This document shows positions 60,561-64,000 of a DNA stretch of 64,000 nucleotides, in pieces. Both the position numbers and the translations under genes were made by a program. The notes under the pieces are model-generated. The model was not told the DNA's origin, did not search any database, and saw only the letters and a program-made list of their open reading frames with translations. This stretch comes from Eledone cirrhosa (lineage: Eukaryota): positions 311,054,001 to 311,118,000 of the forward strand of contig OZ024741.1 of the NCBI GenBank assembly GCA_964016885.1, written 5' to 3'. Each line of letters begins with the position of its first letter. Position 1 is the first letter of the stretch.

Positions 60561-60859
60561 ACAATTATTCTAGTCAATAATTTCCACATACAGGTAGGCA
60601 TGTTGTCGGTCAGCAATTGTCCACAACATTTCCTTTAGTGAAATATTTATGCAGACACGTGTCCCTCTCTTTCTCAGCTACTCCGGTATCACTTGGTCAG
60701 CATTTAGCTATATGATAAGTTGTTCAGTTATTCGTTCATGGCTTTGACAAAATCTTTTGACCCGGTAGCTTCGAACTCCATCTAGACCAGGACACAATTA
60801 TTATTAAGATGATGATTTAAAACCTGATTTGAGTTCTGCTTCTTTCCAAATGGAGGGGT

Positions 60860-63800
60860 ATTATTCTTACAAAGATAGCGTTCTTCTCAATATGTGTGCA
60901 ATATGAGTCAAAACAAATCTTTGCACCTCTTGCAGAGAAAGTAATCCAGGGAATATTCTCAAATACTGTTCTGCTACTTTCTTGATCATTCTCAGTGCTC
61001 CCAAAATCACTGGTTTTGTAACGGCCTTAAGGTCCCACATTTTGTTTCGATCAATTAGCAGATCTTTATATTTTCTTAGCTCGTCAAATTCTTTTGCCGT
61101 GATATTGTATTCACATGGGATGCTCATATCAATCAATAAACAGACCTTGGTATGTTGGTCTTTTATAATGATAGTTGATCTATTAGATTTCGTGGTCCTG
61201 TCAGTATATACCGGAAAATCCCAAAGAATTGTTAATTTTTCTCTTTCAGTTACAGCCACAGGGTGAGGTTGTCAGCAGCTTTGATTTTATAATGCCGACA
61301 TATTACCCAATGCAGATATTGGCCACCTCTGTCATGTCTATATTTGTACTCTACTGGCGCTAAAACTTTACATCCAGATAATAGCTAGTCTACTGTTTCA
61401 AACTCAACATTGCAATATCGGCACTTTGGATTTTTTCCCATCACATTGGCCTGGTAATTCCTTGCAGTAATGTTTGATCTTGGGCAGGTACGATGAAGCC
61501 TTCGCTCTCTGATTTTAGCTCTGAATTACGTAGCCACTGATAAGAATGCTTTCGGTCAACATCAGCTTGTTTGCTACGGGCCACATATTTGCCATGCAAA
61601 AGTTTCTGCTCCCACTTTGATGCTAATGGTTCTTGCCCTTTTGCTTTTGCAATTAATTTTATATGATTAGCAGCATCAGTTGAAACAGCTTCCTTAGTCT
61701 GTGCAACCTGGGGATCATGCATGAGATCAGTAGCGTATTTTTTATCTCCTTCAAGGTATAATGAAGCTTCTTACTTCCCTCATGTTTTTCAACAGTTTTT
61801 ATACAATCGTTTGTTGTTACAAGCTATTTGGTTAGTCCAATAGTGGTGGTCTTGTAGGTAAGTTCAAATCGAATCAGGTCACGGCCTCCTTGAGCTCTGG
61901 GAAGGTAAAGACGATCCACAGCTGCTTTCAGGTGGTGCATCTTATTACAAGTCAATAACTTACGAATGTTTGTGTTAATTCTTTTAATTTTACTCATATT
62001 CCAGTTCAACACACTGAGGATAAATGTGACAACTGGAACTGCCAAGGAATTTATGAGTAACCCCTTGTTATATGCATTTAGTTCTGATCTCAGAGCTGCG
62101 CGTTCCCTCCTGTATCATTCATTCCTTATCCTCTCTTTCATTCTTGCATGCTGAATGCTAGAGCCCTCATTAATCCCTAAGGATTTATAGGTTTGTTCCT
62201 GCTCAAGTTCCTTTATGAATGTTTCAGCATCTAATTCAACCGAGTTTGAGTTGACAAGCTTCCCCTTCTTGAAAGTGGCTTTGGCACACTTATGAAGTTC
62301 AAACTCCATTCTTTTGTCATCACTAAATCTTTTTACTGTCTGCAATATCTCTGCAATATAGCTTTAAATCTTCGATATAGAATAGGTGGTTTATTTTCTT
62401 ATTGGCAATTTTGTAACCGTACCCTGTTCTATTATATTCAGATGTAACGGGTATTGAAGTTATGCAAAAGAGTTGGGCTGAAAGTGAGTCACCTTGGAAA
62501 ATGTCACACTTGGTGATTATATTCTTAGAACTTTAGTACTCCATTGGAATGATATAATTGGAGGTTTGTGTTCCACAATGACATATTGTGTTTGAGGAAA
62601 TTTGAAATGACAGGTGAGATTTTAAAGATGTCCAGTGATTTCAGAATCCCTGAGTGCGGTATGCTGTCAAAAGCTTTTTTGTAAATGATCCTAGCGAAGC
62701 TGAGATTTCTGCATTTATTATAACAGTTCTCAAGGATCATACGTCTAATCATTAGTTGATGTTTACAACCATATGAAGCTCGTCAATACCCTTTTTGTTC
62801 AATGAGAAAAAATTTGTTCTCCATAAGCACGCATGCTTTCTCCGTGCGAATAGAGTGTAATACCTTATAAGTGGTGGGCAAGCAGGTTATGGGGCGATAC
62901 TTTTTTGGATCCTTAGTTTCATTCTTATTTGAGAGAATGTAAGTAATGTCACTTGATATCTAGTCAAGTATTGCTTTTTTATCTTTCATAATTCCGTTGA
63001 ACAGATTGACTAATATATTGTGAATACACGGGAGTGAGGAAAGCCAGAAATGTGGCACTCTGTCTCTACCAGGAGAGTTCCACTTATGAGCTTTATTGAG
63101 TGTCATCCTTAAGTCTGCTATAGAGATGACATCCCATGCTTGTTCTTGTAAATTTGAGTAGGATTTTTCCAAGCGACTAATCCAATCTACATTAGCATTA
63201 CATGACTTCTCATCACTCCAAATCTTTCTCCGAAAGTTTTCAACTTCTATGGAAGGAGAGTCTTCAATAATTATTTTCTCCTTCCCTATTTCTCTATTGA
63301 ATGACTTCGCAATGGATGTGAACAATTTATTTTGCCCGAAGAAGTTCTTTCGCTTCTTGAATCTACGAATTTGTTGGGTTTTTACTCGGTCTTTTTGCTT
63401 CAGAGTTTCCTTTGTTGATATTAATACTTCTCTAGAAGAAAGTTCATATTTTCTCTTTAGCTTTCTTCCTTCCTGGATCTTATATCAATTTTTGGTGATT
63501 AGCTCATTCAGTAAACATATTTCAGCCCTCTCATTAGGTTAATCTCGTTTGCAATTCTACTTCTCCAAATGATTTCATTTAAGCCAGTAAGATTAGGTTC
63601 TAATTCTTCTATGATTTCTTTTGTACCGGAATTACTTATCATTATTTGCTTTGGATTGTATTTGGGAGTTTTTGAAGTGATTCTCTATCATTTATACTAG
63701 TCTTACAACTGCAAGCTCATTCAGTATTTTCTGTTTCAATTTCTTCATAGAGTCTCGGTGTTCTTCAGAAAAAAGTTTGGTCTTCACGTACTGTTTCTCT

Positions 63801-64000
63801 TCTCCATTCCTGTCTATTTTCAGCAAGTTCAATAGGACTTCTCATTTCTACAAACCTATTTGAAATTTGGTCAGATGGTTGGCTTTCGATAAAGACTTGT
63901 GACTGGTTACTATCTCCAGGAGATTCTTCAGTTTTTTCATGAATTATGTATATGTCATTCTCACAGCTTGCTTGATCGCAGTTATTTCAGTATCTGTGAG
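60860..64000 (-). mobile_element. Degenerate Dong/R4 element (different family), continuing past the window end
   Basis: WNSPGRDRVPHFW, KYRPITCL, YKKAFDSIPH, IFQGDSLS, HLFYIEDLK, VDRLYLPRAQGGR, LKSESEGFIVPAQDQ, ILWDFPVYTDR..LIDMSIP. Confidence 0.85.

Overview
Eukaryotic, AT-rich, microsatellite-dense genomic DNA. The repeat repertoire (tRNA-derived SINE with a Deu/Nin-like core, RTE, CR1, Tx1, Dong/R4, CRE, Penelope-like elements, Helitrons) suggests a mollusc, probably a cephalopod such as Octopus; this is inference only. The only host-gene material I can support is three paralogous laminin-type EGF exons on the minus strand (2384-2518 intact; 8011-8146 and 12436-12566 damaged) within tandemly duplicated intron units. 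The rest is layered retrotransposon debris. Notable structure: (1) about 15 minimal type I hammerhead-ribozyme-like motifs from several unrelated families, mostly in fold-back elements, including a perfect 331-bp palindrome carrying a complete hammerhead on both strands and a hammerhead with an 82-nt stem II; (2) a ~13.4-kb nest (41160-54518) in which LINE microsatellite tails acted as landing pads for a near full-length Tx1 element and two Dong/R4 elements, all inside one old RTE; (3) head-to-head CRE copies inserted into the same small repeat. Coordinates were read by eye, and element boundaries are approximate unless a junction is quoted.
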